A DNA stretch of 32,000 nucleotides from Cuniculiplasma divulgatum. GTDB taxonomy: Archaea; Thermoplasmatota; Thermoplasmata; Thermoplasmatales; Thermoplasmataceae. The stretch covers positions 1,800,001 through 1,832,000 of the forward strand of contig NZ_LT671858.1 of the NCBI RefSeq assembly GCF_900083515.1, written 5' to 3'. Each line of letters begins with the position of its first letter. Position 1 is the stretch's first letter. Both the position numbers and the translations under genes were made by a program. This document shows, piece after piece, positions 16,036-25,416 of this stretch. The notes under the pieces were generated by a model. It was not told the origin of the DNA. It searched no databases and worked only from the letters and a program-made list of their open reading frames with translations.

Positions 16036-16644
16036 CTATTTTTTTAGTTTCAGAAGGTAGTTCATGTATACATGGTTTTTAGGCTGATACGTTTTCATTT
16101 CCACAGTTTCAAAATGAGTTCCTTTCAGTAAATCCCTGATCTTGTCCTCAGTGTACATCTCAAAATATCTGACATAATTTGAATCACCCATTTTTCTTTC
16201 TTCGTTTCTTTCTCCCCTGATTAAACCCAGTAACATAACTGTCCCTTCATTCATGCTTTCAGATAATTTCATGAGAAGTTTCCTTGATTCTTCAAAAGAG
16301 ATGTGTATCAACGAAGAATACGCCCAAACTCCATCATATCCAGACATATCCAGTTTAAGATCTCTCAAATCAGAAATTATGGTTGTGAATCCTTTCTTAC
16401 GTGTCTGTTCCGCCATTTTAGCCGATGCGTCCACACATAATACATCCAGCCCTACTTCTCTTAGAAGAACAGCATCTCTACCGGGACCGCTTCCAAGATC
16501 AACAACCCTACTGCCTTTTAAATTACTCTTAAAGTCTTGAATTATGTCTTTAGGAAACCCATCCCAGAAATCAGCCGTTTCAGCATCGTATACCTCACTA
16601 TATATATCGTATGCCTTAATGGTTCTATCATCTTTCTTTTGCAT
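16036..16644 (-). CDS. Class I SAM-dependent methyltransferase
   Basis: Motif I is VVDLGSGPGRDAVLL. An acidic residue ends the following strand (VLCVDAS). Confidence 0.8.
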   Translation of the reverse strand: MQKKDDRTIKAYDIYSEVYDAETADFWDGFPKDIIQDFKSNLKGSRVVDLGSGPGRDAVLLREVGLDVLCVDASAKMAEQTRKKGFTTIISDLRDLKLDMSGYDGVWAYSSLIHISFEESRKLLMKLSESMNEGTVMLLGLIRGERNEERKMGDSNYVRYFEMYTEDKIRDLLKGTHFETVEMKTYQPKNHVYMNYLLKLKK

Positions 16645-16773
16645 TATATTTGATCCTAAGTGGAAATTAGAAATATATATTTTAAAATGACCTTCTATTT
16701 CTTTCTCTCCATTGTATATTAGAATTTCGTGCTCTGCGATAATATTAAATCTATTAGTCTTATCCCATAAAAT

Positions 16774-17907
16774 ATGAAAGCAGTAAAGGCAAATTTACTC
16801 TATGACGGAAGGTCATCGCAAAAAGATGTGTATATTGAATTTGATGGTACCACAATAAGAAATATTTCACAGAAGAAGCCTGAGTGTGATATTGTTGCAG
16901 AGGGCATAGTTACGCCTGCCTTCATAGATCCACACAGCCATATAGGGCTTGACAGGGCAGGAGAACCAGGATCAGAAAGTGAAGCGAATGATAAGCTTGA
17001 CTCAATGATTCCACTGGGAAGAGCTGTTGATGGCGTATACATGGATGATCATGCATTTAGAGAATCTGTTGAGAGTGGTGTTTTGTACTCTGTTGTACTT
17101 CCAGGAAGTGGAAATATTATAGGTGGAATGGGGTCACTCATAAGAAATTTTTCTTCCAATATAAAAGATGCACTGGTAACTGATATTGGGGTTAAGATGG
17201 CACTTGGATACAACCCGAGAAGCACCACTGAATGGAAGGGAAAGAGACCAACCACAAGAATGGGTGTAGGTGCTATCATAAGAGAAAAATTCACCATGGC
17301 ACAGAAAGCATCAAACCTTCTGGATAGTGGAAAGAAGACCCTTGATGAAATTGATGTGGAGACGGAATTCCTCATCAAACTAATAAAGGGGGAATATAGA
17401 ATAATGTGCCATCTTCATAAGGAAGATGATGCCCTGTTCTTAATGTCACTCGTTGATAAATTCTGGATTAAACCAATAATTAATCACGGAATGGATTTTC
17501 ACAGCAAAGATATTTTTGATGAAATAAAGAGGAGGGACCTTTCTCTGGTTTACGGTCCACTTGATTCCCATCCGTACAAGGTAGAATTAAAGCATGAATC
17601 CTGGAGAAATGTTGGACTTGTACAGAATTCTGGTGTAAGGTTCTCTCTTATATCAGATCATCCAGTTATACTGCAAAGAACACTCTTCCTGACTACCAGA
17701 CATTTCATGAGATTTGGTGCCACTAAGGAACAGTGCATTTCCTATGTCTCATCTCGTCCAGCAGAGATTCTAGGTCTTAAGGACCTCGGAACTGTGGAGA
17801 AGGGCAAGCTTGCTTCATTTTCCGTATGGAACAAGGACCCATTTGAACTGGACGCCTATCCGAAATTTGTATTTGGTGAGGGGAAACTTGTTCATGAAGA
17901 GAACTGA
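16774..17907 (+). CDS. Metal-dependent amidohydrolase family protein (COG1228-like)
   Basis: FIDPHSHIG metal-binding HxH motif near the N-terminus, with internal His and Asp in MCHLHKED and LISDHPV. Confidence 0.7.
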   Translation: MKAVKANLLYDGRSSQKDVYIEFDGTTIRNISQKKPECDIVAEGIVTPAFIDPHSHIGLDRAGEPGSESEANDKLDSMIPLGRAVDGVYMDDHAFRESVESGVLYSVVLPGSGNIIGGMGSLIRNFSSNIKDALVTDIGVKMALGYNPRSTTEWKGKRPTTRMGVGAIIREKFTMAQKASNLLDSGKKTLDEIDVETEFLIKLIKGEYRIMCHLHKEDDALFLMSLVDKFWIKPIINHGMDFHSKDIFDEIKRRDLSLVYGPLDSHPYKVELKHESWRNVGLVQNSGVRFSLISDHPVILQRTLFLTTRHFMRFGATKEQCISYVSSRPAEILGLKDLGTVEKGKLASFSVWNKDPFELDAYPKFVFGEGKLVHEEN

Positions 17908-17986
17908 AACTGTGTTTGTAAATAGTTTCATAAAACACTTTTTAAAAATAAAAACTTTTAACGGTAATCAAAATTCCCATAAATAG

Positions 17987-19204
17987 ATGTCAAGGAAGAT
18001 TTATGTTGAATCGTATGGCTGCACTCAGGAAAAATCTGAGACAGGACTATATGTCAACAAAATAATGGGAGATGGAGACAAAATAACACAGGATCCTGAG
18101 GATGCGGATCTGAGGGTAATAGGAACCTGCGTTGTTATTAAAAAAACAGAAAATAAGATGCTGGAGAGAATCGGTTATCTTTCAGAACTTGGACAGACTA
18201 CAGTTATTGGGTGTTTGCCTCCCATATCATCTGGTACTCTTATAGAAAAAAATGTGAATGTAATCAGTCAAAGTGAGTTCAGATCCCTATACAGGGGAGA
18301 TATGGACGATATAGAGATAAAGGAACCTTCTATTCTTGATGGGGTACCAATTAACCAGGGCTGCACAGGGAATTGTAATTTTTGTATTTCAAGGGTGGCA
18401 AGAGGTAAACTCCTTTCAAGAGTTCCTGATAAGATATGCAATCAAATAGGAATGATACTTGAAAGAGGAAAAAGAGAGATAAGAATAAGTTCCCTTGATA
18501 CCGCAGCATACGGTAAGGATATTGGTATAAGACTTCCAGATCTAATTAAAAAGATTACCTCCATTGATTCTTTTTTCAAATTGAGAGTAGGAATGATGGA
18601 ACCAAAAAATACTGAGGAAATACTTAATGATCTGATAAGAGAATACAGGAACGAGAAGGTATTCAAATTTCTACATTTACCAGTACAGGATGGGGATGAT
18701 CGTATCCTTGAACTAATGAACAGAGAATATTCAGTAAGTTCTTATTATAACATAAATGAAAAATTTAGAAACGCATTTAAAAATGGGGTTTTTTCTACAG
18801 ACATAATCGTTGGCTACCCTGGTAGTGATGAGGAATCTTTCCAGAAGACGTGTGAATTGCTTTACAAAAGTCGACCAGACATAGTTAATATTACAACCTT
18901 TTCTCCCAGACAGTATACAAGAGATTTTAATAAGAAGATGCCCCAGTCGAATCTCATAAAGAAATGGAGTGCGGAATATACAAGGATTCATAAGGAAATT
19001 TTAAATGAAAATCAATCGAGGTTCGTTGAAAGAGAAATTAGTATATTCATCACCGAGCAGGGAAAGACAGGAACTGTTATTGGTAGAGATGAATCTTACA
19101 GACCTGTTGTGGTGAAGAATGAAATACCTCTTTACTCCAAGGTAGATGTAGAAATTGTTGAAACGGGACCCACATATTTAATTGGAAAACAACTCAGGGC
19201 ATAG
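17987..19204 (+). CDS. Archaeal-type MiaB-like radical SAM methylthiotransferase (tRNA t6A37 methylthiotransferase family)
   Basis: N-terminal UPF0004-type Cys residues occur in ESYGCTQE, IGTCVV and IGCLP. The radical SAM motif is CTGNCNFC. The C-terminal segment is TRAM-like. Confidence 0.85.
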   Translation: MSRKIYVESYGCTQEKSETGLYVNKIMGDGDKITQDPEDADLRVIGTCVVIKKTENKMLERIGYLSELGQTTVIGCLPPISSGTLIEKNVNVISQSEFRSLYRGDMDDIEIKEPSILDGVPINQGCTGNCNFCISRVARGKLLSRVPDKICNQIGMILERGKREIRISSLDTAAYGKDIGIRLPDLIKKITSIDSFFKLRVGMMEPKNTEEILNDLIREYRNEKVFKFLHLPVQDGDDRILELMNREYSVSSYYNINEKFRNAFKNGVFSTDIIVGYPGSDEESFQKTCELLYKSRPDIVNITTFSPRQYTRDFNKKMPQSNLIKKWSAEYTRIHKEILNENQSRFVEREISIFITEQGKTGTVIGRDESYRPVVVKNEIPLYSKVDVEIVETGPTYLIGKQLRA

Positions 19205-20195
19205 TATCGACATTAACTATCTCATCCATGATATATTTCCCATTTCCTTTCTTCTTGAATATCATGTTGAATTCCTGTGCTGTTAGAATAGGACTCTTGT
19301 ATCTGTCAAAGTCATCTGTTGCAACTCTTGGACACCCTGTGAAGATTATGCAGTCTGCCATCATGTTTTCAAATTCAACTGGCGATGATTCGTTAGAGTA
19401 TGCAAGTACTGCACTTTTACCCATATCCTGAATTTCTTTTATCATTTTTTCTGCAAGTTTCATTCTGTACTGACCAACCTTTGTGTCTACAACTACTACG
19501 AATTTTTTAGCCTCAAGCGCCCTTGCCATATTGGCATATCTTCTTCTTATGTGCCGCTCAGCCTCACTTTTCATTGATCTGAGCCTGAACGGTTCACTCA
19601 TATCCAGTATAAATACCTCCTTTTCAACAGATAGTTGTGCCCCAAGAGCATGAAATACCCCTGTGGATACAATAATATGACAATCATTCCTGCTTTCCTG
19701 ATCGTGTAGTGGGCTAAAGTTACAGCCAAGTAACTGTCCATCATATTTTAATCTGCTATCATGCTTTCCCATGCTTACATTGTATCCCTTTTCCTTAAGG
19801 AATTTAGAAAGTTCTTCTGCACTTTGTCTATACTGTATGGAATATGCCAGACTTATATTCTTATAATTATTGCGTTCTAATTCTGTCAGATCAAGATCGT
19901 TAAAGCTTCTATGATCCTCGTTTATGTATTCCTCGAAAATCACTGGTACCTTATAATTTACATTTGGAATCTCTGTATGACCCAGTTGAACTACTGCATC
20001 CACGTTCTTCCATTCATCCATAGTCCCTGTGTCACAGGCACCGTAGAAACCAGAGGAACTAACAATTACATTGAAATTCTTCGAAAGTTCATTGAAGTAA
20101 TCGAAGACATGAGGTTTTAATCCGTCAGGTAACTGCAATAATATTCTTTTTGCCTTTATTTCCTTTAATCTCTCTATGACCCTTCCTGGGTCCAT
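19194..20195 (-). CDS. dph2: Diphthamide biosynthesis enzyme Dph2 (2-(3-amino-3-carboxypropyl)histidine synthase)
   Basis: The track start at 20204 is TTG, and the ATG at 20195 gives MDPGRVIERLKE. The ILLQLPDGLKP block is present. Three spaced Cys residues (YGACD, LLGCNF, FTGCPRV) are as expected for the archaeal radical SAM Dph2. Confidence 0.8.
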   Translation of the reverse strand: MDPGRVIERLKEIKAKRILLQLPDGLKPHVFDYFNELSKNFNVIVSSSGFYGACDTGTMDEWKNVDAVVQLGHTEIPNVNYKVPVIFEEYINEDHRSFNDLDLTELERNNYKNISLAYSIQYRQSAEELSKFLKEKGYNVSMGKHDSRLKYDGQLLGCNFSPLHDQESRNDCHIIVSTGVFHALGAQLSVEKEVFILDMSEPFRLRSMKSEAERHIRRRYANMARALEAKKFVVVVDTKVGQYRMKLAEKMIKEIQDMGKSAVLAYSNESSPVEFENMMADCIIFTGCPRVATDDFDRYKSPILTAQEFNMIFKKKGNGKYIMDEIVNVDTMP

Positions 20196-20219
20196 GTATG
20201 CCAATAGAAAGATATCTGA

Positions 20220-21470
20220 TCAGGGTTTAATGCTTTTTCTCATAATTTTTTTCATATCCAGAACTTTACCTTCCTGAATAACTGTAACCTGTGTATTTGT
20301 CCAGTCGTAAAACATGTCTCTCATCTCCCCTGCAGAAATAATAAGAAGATCTGCGTCTGCTCCATGATTTAAATTTCCCTTGACACCATCAAGTCCCAGA
20401 GAATGGGCCGGAATGGTCGTTAAACCATTTAACAATGCCTCCGGACTCATAGAGCAGTTACGTATGGCAAGATTTCCATGAAACTTGATATCAGTAACTG
20501 GATTGAGTGGTGATATATCAGAAGCGACTGCAACTGGAATATGCCTGTTTATCCACTCCCTGCTGTCAACATATTTCTCACCCAGTGAGAATGCTGTCCC
20601 CGGTAGAATTGTAGCCACTATATCCTTACCTTTTATCCTTTCCATATTTTCTGTGGATGTGTGAAGGAGGTGATCCACTGATTTTAGCAAGAATTTATCC
20701 GCCAGTTCAAGTGCACCCACATCCTTAATTTCATCGGCATGAATCCTGAGTGCCATACCAAGCTCACTGGCCTTCTTGAAAAAATTAAAAGTTTCTTCTT
20801 TCGTGAAGGCTCCTTCATCACAAAAAGAGTCAACGAAATCTGCCCTTTTATAAAGTTCAGGAAGTATAACTTCTGTGCTTTCCTTAACATATTCTTCCTT
20901 TGTTTTACCTGGTGGCATTGCATGTAATGGTAATAGTGTCTTTACAATGTTTACCGGTAAATGTGATTTCATTATGTCCATCACATCAAGTAATTTCTCC
21001 TCGTTTTTAAGGTCAAGACCATAACCTGTTTTCACTTCTACAGTTGTAACTCCGTTCCTAATATGGTTTAATAATCTTCTGGCAGATTGTGAAACTATCT
21101 GATCTGTAGAACATGCCCTGGTATCTCTTACAGTTTTTAGAATTCCATTCCCACTTTTCAAGAAATCTATATATTTTGCCCCCCTGGCTCTCAGAACAAA
21201 TTCCTCACTCCTCTCTCCACAGTAAGCAAGATGAGTATGACTATCTATAAATCCAGGAGTGATGATCATTCCAGTAGCATCTACGATTTCATCAACTTCA
21301 TATCTACCAGATATACTTGCTGTGGAAACTATGGAATCTATAGATTTTCCATTAATTATTATGGAGCTATCCTGAAGAATTGTTACATCTTCCTGATTCC
21401 CATTTCTCACTGAATCTATGGGCTCCGGCACGTAGATTTTATCTGGATTAAATATGATTTTCTTCTTCAT
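20220..21470 (-). CDS. hutI: Imidazolonepropionase-like amidohydrolase (HutI family)
   Basis: The track start at 21479 is TTG, and the ATG is at 21470. Blocks seen: PGFIDSHTHLAYCG, GNGILKTVRDTRA, LRIHADE, SVDHL, ILPGTAF, VAVASDISP. Confidence 0.7.
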   Translation of the reverse strand: MKKKIIFNPDKIYVPEPIDSVRNGNQEDVTILQDSSIIINGKSIDSIVSTASISGRYEVDEIVDATGMIITPGFIDSHTHLAYCGERSEEFVLRARGAKYIDFLKSGNGILKTVRDTRACSTDQIVSQSARRLLNHIRNGVTTVEVKTGYGLDLKNEEKLLDVMDIMKSHLPVNIVKTLLPLHAMPPGKTKEEYVKESTEVILPELYKRADFVDSFCDEGAFTKEETFNFFKKASELGMALRIHADEIKDVGALELADKFLLKSVDHLLHTSTENMERIKGKDIVATILPGTAFSLGEKYVDSREWINRHIPVAVASDISPLNPVTDIKFHGNLAIRNCSMSPEALLNGLTTIPAHSLGLDGVKGNLNHGADADLLIISAGEMRDMFYDWTNTQVTVIQEGKVLDMKKIMRKSIKP

Positions 21471-21475
21471 TTTTC

Positions 21476-22177
21476 TCAAATCACCGTTGATAATGAAACA
21501 GATATAACAGTCAGAATAAAGGCTATGGTGATGAATACCATGAAAGGTATGTTATACGATACATACTCACTATCCCCAATGGTTACTCTCCTGAACTTTA
21601 TTTTACTTATATCATTGTTGTTGTTCACTCTGGCACGGTAAGAAAATTTTCCAGTTTTCATATATGTGTAGTAGAGTGAGAAAATCATCGCAATAACAGA
21701 ACTGAATCCAAGATTCAGGAAGAATATTATTGAAAAAGGCAACCTTATTATTGAGTAGGAAATTGTTAAATAAAAGTTAGCAGTTGAAAATATTATAAGA
21801 ACCAGAGCCTTAATATCTCCAACTCCGAATAGTACCTCACCTATAACCATATTTGCAAAGATAATTTCGATTACCCACGGAACTATAAGTGCAGGTTCCT
21901 TGAGTAGTATTAGAGCTGAACCTGCAATGGCTATAAGTGCAGATAGTGTGATGAACAAGCGGGTTTTCGTGGCTAAAAACAGCAGGCCAAACAGTACAAT
22001 ACTTAAAACAGAGAAGAGTTCAATTCTAAAAAATAAGACATTAATTATAAGACTAACAATTAGCGCCGGGACAAATATGAGATACCAAATTCTCCTCTTC
22101 TTAATATCATAATATGAAGCAATGATCAAAGAAACGATAATTATGAGATATAGTAAAGTGCTTAAAATTTCATTCAT
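21476..22177 (-). CDS. A24-family aspartic membrane peptidase (archaeal prepilin/preflagellin peptidase-like)
   Basis: The track start at 22210 is GTG, and the ATG is at 22177 (MNEILSTL). A first Asp lies in SYYDIKKRRIW after helix 1 and a second in FGVGDIKAL (GxGD-type). The protein is polytopic. Confidence 0.55.
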   Translation of the reverse strand: MNEILSTLLYLIIIVSLIIASYYDIKKRRIWYLIFVPALIVSLIINVLFFRIELFSVLSIVLFGLLFLATKTRLFITLSALIAIAGSALILLKEPALIVPWVIEIIFANMVIGEVLFGVGDIKALVLIIFSTANFYLTISYSIIRLPFSIIFFLNLGFSSVIAMIFSLYYTYMKTGKFSYRARVNNNNDISKIKFRRVTIGDSEYVSYNIPFMVFITIAFILTVISVSLSTVI

Positions 22178-23030
22178 TTTTCTTCTTTGTGTAGAAGAGA
22201 GACACTGCACTCATATCATCCTTACCGTGCTCTCTCATTTCCATTGAATAAATGCTCTTTGATACCGCTCCAAGAAAAGACGGTATTCCAAGCTTACTTT
22301 GTTCCTCCAGAGCGTAGTTAAGATCCTTATACTGATGTGCAAGCAGGAATTGTGGTGAAAAGTCCCCATCTTGAAGTTTTTTTGCCTTCAGATCGAGTAT
22401 TTTTAATGCTGCCCCACCTGCCTGTACTGCCTCCGTGAAGACATCATCCTTTATCCCAAGCTCTCTGGCCAGGCATAATCCCTCAGAAACAGCAATCATA
22501 TTGATTCCCATTATGAGGTTATTTACAAGCTTCATGGCAATCCCCTTTCCTGCATCTCCTGCATATATCTGTTTTGAAGTAAACGTTTTCAGCATCGGGC
22601 TAATTCTAAGAAATGCTTCCCTTGCGCCGCCACATGAAGCAGCCAGTGTTCCAGTTTCTGCGGCAGGTACGCTTCCTATCACAGGACAATCAAGATACTC
22701 AACGTCTGAAGTAAAACATATTTTGTGGTTATCCAGACTCTGTTCAACTGATATTGTTGACATATCCACGATTAACTTTTTATCTCCACTGTGAGTTTCT
22801 ATGATTTCCTTCAATATTGAAGCAGATGCTGCAGAATCAGTTACTATCATGAAGATGATGTCAGAATTTCTTACAAGTTCTGAGATTGATTTCACAGCTA
22901 TTTTCCTAAATTCCTCAGGAATCTTAGATTCTGTCCTGTTGTATACTGATACTAGAGAGAACTTTTCTCCAATCCTCCTGGAAATTGGGATGCCCATTCT
23001 TCCCATTCCGATAAATCCTATCCTTTCCAT
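22170..23030 (-). CDS. NAD(P)-dependent 3-hydroxyisobutyrate/6-phosphogluconate dehydrogenase-family oxidoreductase
   Basis: The track start at 23075 is GTG. The ATG at 23030 gives MERIGFIGMGRMG (Rossmann GxGxxG) and removes the overlap with the upstream gene. Further blocks: DCPVIGSVPAAETGTL and GKGIAMKLVNNL. Confidence 0.8.
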   Translation of the reverse strand: MERIGFIGMGRMGIPISRRIGEKFSLVSVYNRTESKIPEEFRKIAVKSISELVRNSDIIFMIVTDSAASASILKEIIETHSGDKKLIVDMSTISVEQSLDNHKICFTSDVEYLDCPVIGSVPAAETGTLAASCGGAREAFLRISPMLKTFTSKQIYAGDAGKGIAMKLVNNLIMGINMIAVSEGLCLARELGIKDDVFTEAVQAGGAALKILDLKAKKLQDGDFSPQFLLAHQYKDLNYALEEQSKLGIPSFLGAVSKSIYSMEMREHGKDDMSAVSLFYTKKKNE

Positions 23031-23034
23031 TAAC

Positions 23035-23775
23035 CTACACCTCAAATATAGACGACCCATAAAGTTGTCTTGCACATTCTATTCCCTTATACTTAATATT
23101 TCTATTGTCCAGAAAATCTCTTACGGTAAGATATGCAATTTCCTGTGTATTATTTTCGTCTGAGAGATGGAGTAATATAATCTGTGACTTTTGTTCGCTC
23201 AGTTCTCCAAGTGCAAGTGCACACTGATCATTAGAAAGGTGTCCGTAGTTACTCATTATTCTTTTTTTTAAACTTTCCGGATAAGGCCCAGTTTTCAACA
23301 TATTTGTATCATGGTTGGCCTCTATTGCAAGTATATCAGACCCCTTAATCAGGTCAACATTATCCATTGGAAAATATCCAAGATCAGAGAAAATTGATAT
23401 CTTCCTTCCCCTGTTTTCAATGACATATCCAACAGGATCAACTGCATCATGAGACACTGAAACACTCCTTATGAAAAAATTACCTATGGTGAGTTCATCT
23501 CCAATAGTGAAAGCACGGTCGAAACCCATCTTTAATTTTGCCTTTTCACGGAGATATATTTCTGCTTTCATTTTTCTTGAAGCTGCCCCGAGTCCGGAAC
23601 TGTGATCACTGTGTTCATGTGTAATCAACACTGATAAGGGGATATCCCCAATGTTTAATTCTTCAAATCTCTGTTTGAATCTTTTTACAGAAATGCCAAA
23701 GTCAACTACTAATGCATCGCAATCATCCCATATAATTGTGGAATTTCCCTTACTTCCACTCGATACAACATTCAT
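23035..23775 (-). CDS. MBL-fold metallo-hydrolase
   Basis: The track start at 23808 is GTG. The ATG at 23775 gives MNVVSSGSKGNSTII, typical of YycJ-like MBL proteins. The HEHSDH (HxHxDH) motif is present. Confidence 0.8.
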   Translation of the reverse strand: MNVVSSGSKGNSTIIWDDCDALVVDFGISVKRFKQRFEELNIGDIPLSVLITHEHSDHSSGLGAASRKMKAEIYLREKAKLKMGFDRAFTIGDELTIGNFFIRSVSVSHDAVDPVGYVIENRGRKISIFSDLGYFPMDNVDLIKGSDILAIEANHDTNMLKTGPYPESLKKRIMSNYGHLSNDQCALALGELSEQKSQIILLHLSDENNTQEIAYLTVRDFLDNRNIKYKGIECARQLYGSSIFEV

Positions 23776-23811
23776 GAACAGGTTTGACAATATTTCAGAA
23801 TACTCCACTCA

Positions 23812-23828
23812 CACTTAAATTTTAAGTG
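23812..23828. promoter_or_regulatory. Perfect 17-nt palindrome CACTTAAATTTTAAGTG upstream of the MBL-led gene cluster
   Basis: 8-bp arms around a single central T, centred about 45 nt upstream of the ATG at 23775. The A/T core could double as a TATA box. Confidence 0.3.
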
Positions 23829-23937
23829 AAATTCAAACTTTCAAAGGAGATTACTGCCAGAGAACATGTGTTTACTGATTAATCTGTATAAACAAAAGGG
23901 GAATAAATAGAACTATTTGAATATTCATTATAGTGAA

Positions 23938-24522
23938 TTAGGGAGAGCCAAATCTGCTTAAATTTATATTATTCCTTATTGCAGAAAGAATTTTCTCAGG
24001 TTCTGGCATAGATCCATTTTTCTTTGTTCCATTACCTGTACCTGTTTCCTCAGAATTAGCTTCAACAATTATGTTCCCAAAGCTCCTCAGCTTATCTATA
24101 TTGCTTTGCACTATCCTGTTTCTTCTCATCTTCTCGTTCATGTTTGGAACGAAAATAATTGGTTTTTCATATGCAATAAAAGATGTCGATAGAAGATCGT
24201 CACCTATCCCACTAACTGCCTTTGCCAGAGAATTTGCACTGGCAGGAGCAACAATGAAAACATCGGCAAGTCCTGTCAAATCAACGTGTGGTATTCTGAT
24301 ATTCCCCTCCTGGCTAAACATATCGCTGAATACAGGATTTTTTGTTTTTAATCCTACAGAATATGGAGATATAAAATTTCTTGACGCATCTGTCATTATG
24401 GTCATTATTTGGCAATCCAGATTACTCATCACATAACTCATATAATCAGTTATATTTATAGAACCCAGTGATCCGGTAATTCCCCACAGTATTGTAACTT
24501 TTTTAACCTCTTCATTTTTCAT
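23938..24522 (-). CDS. Flavoprotein of the HFCD / phosphopantothenoylcysteine decarboxylase-like family (stand-alone)
   Basis: ILWGITGSLGS N-terminal nucleotide-binding turn, PASANSLAKAVSGIGDDLLS, VPNMNEKM. Confidence 0.7.
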   Translation of the reverse strand: MKNEEVKKVTILWGITGSLGSINITDYMSYVMSNLDCQIMTIMTDASRNFISPYSVGLKTKNPVFSDMFSQEGNIRIPHVDLTGLADVFIVAPASANSLAKAVSGIGDDLLSTSFIAYEKPIIFVPNMNEKMRRNRIVQSNIDKLRSFGNIIVEANSEETGTGNGTKKNGSMPEPEKILSAIRNNINLSRFGSP

Positions 24523-24877
24523 GTTTAAGTATTAGTCTGTGATATTAAACTTCTTTATTCACTCAGATATAATATACGATGGATCATTTTAACTGGGAAG
24601 TATCTGATGTTGTATAAAAATGAAGTAAAATGTCCTATGCATTAATTACTCCCCTATTAAAATTGAGGCTTAATTATTATCTTACCTGTCAGGGTCCAGT
24701 TTAAAAATAGCTGAAATATTCCTTTTTATCTCTGCTGGCTGATGGTGTTCCTCCTCTTAAAAAAAAGGAATTTCTATTTATCTCTATAATTAATTTGTAT
24801 ATCTTATTTAATGTCTATTGAGCTTAATTTTCATCGATTAAGTTAATTTACCACTTTTTGATTTACATGGGAAAATA

Positions 24878-25402
24878 GTGAGGAAAAATATTGTTAGAGT
24901 TGGGTTGGTTCTAATCGTTTTTGGTATCATACTTGTTGTTGCTGGAATAGGTTTGACCTCGGATTACCTCACTGTTAGTCATACATTTGTAAAGGATAAA
25001 TATTATTATGCATCAAAGGAGATAAACATTACAAGTGATGGCCTGGTAGCTCTTGATGGCAATACAACATTCTACCTTGTTAATGCTAACAATATTTCAC
25101 TGGTGAATCAAACAAATGTGCAGAATTATTCAATAGCGCCAACTGGACCCACCCATGATGGTTACGGAACAGAATTCCTCGTGGGCTCAGGGTCTTACTA
25201 CCTGGTGTCGCTTCTAGCTCCCTCAACAGGACTTGTTTATTCTTATACAAGTCACTTCAGCACATTTACAGATCTAGGGATAATTCTTCTGATTGGTCTC
25301 TTTCTCATAGTCGTGTCGATAATCATGCTGGTTATTGGATTCGTCTTAAAGGGTAAGAAGAGAGATAAAGAAGAAGATTTTTTAAACGATGAAACACAGT
25401 AA
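24878..25402 (+). CDS. Small bitopic membrane protein with a sequon-rich extracytoplasmic domain, first gene of an ABC-2 operon
   Basis: GTG start. Hydrophobic helices lie at both ends (VGLVLIVFGIILVVAGIGL and LGIILLIGLFLIVVSIIMLVIGFVL). The gene sits 14 nt upstream of the ABC ATPase gene. Confidence 0.55.
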   Translation: MRKNIVRVGLVLIVFGIILVVAGIGLTSDYLTVSHTFVKDKYYYASKEINITSDGLVALDGNTTFYLVNANNISLVNQTNVQNYSIAPTGPTHDGYGTEFLVGSGSYYLVSLLAPSTGLVYSYTSHFSTFTDLGIILLIGLFLIVVSIIMLVIGFVLKGKKRDKEEDFLNDETQ

Positions 25403-25416
25403 AATAGGTACAATTT

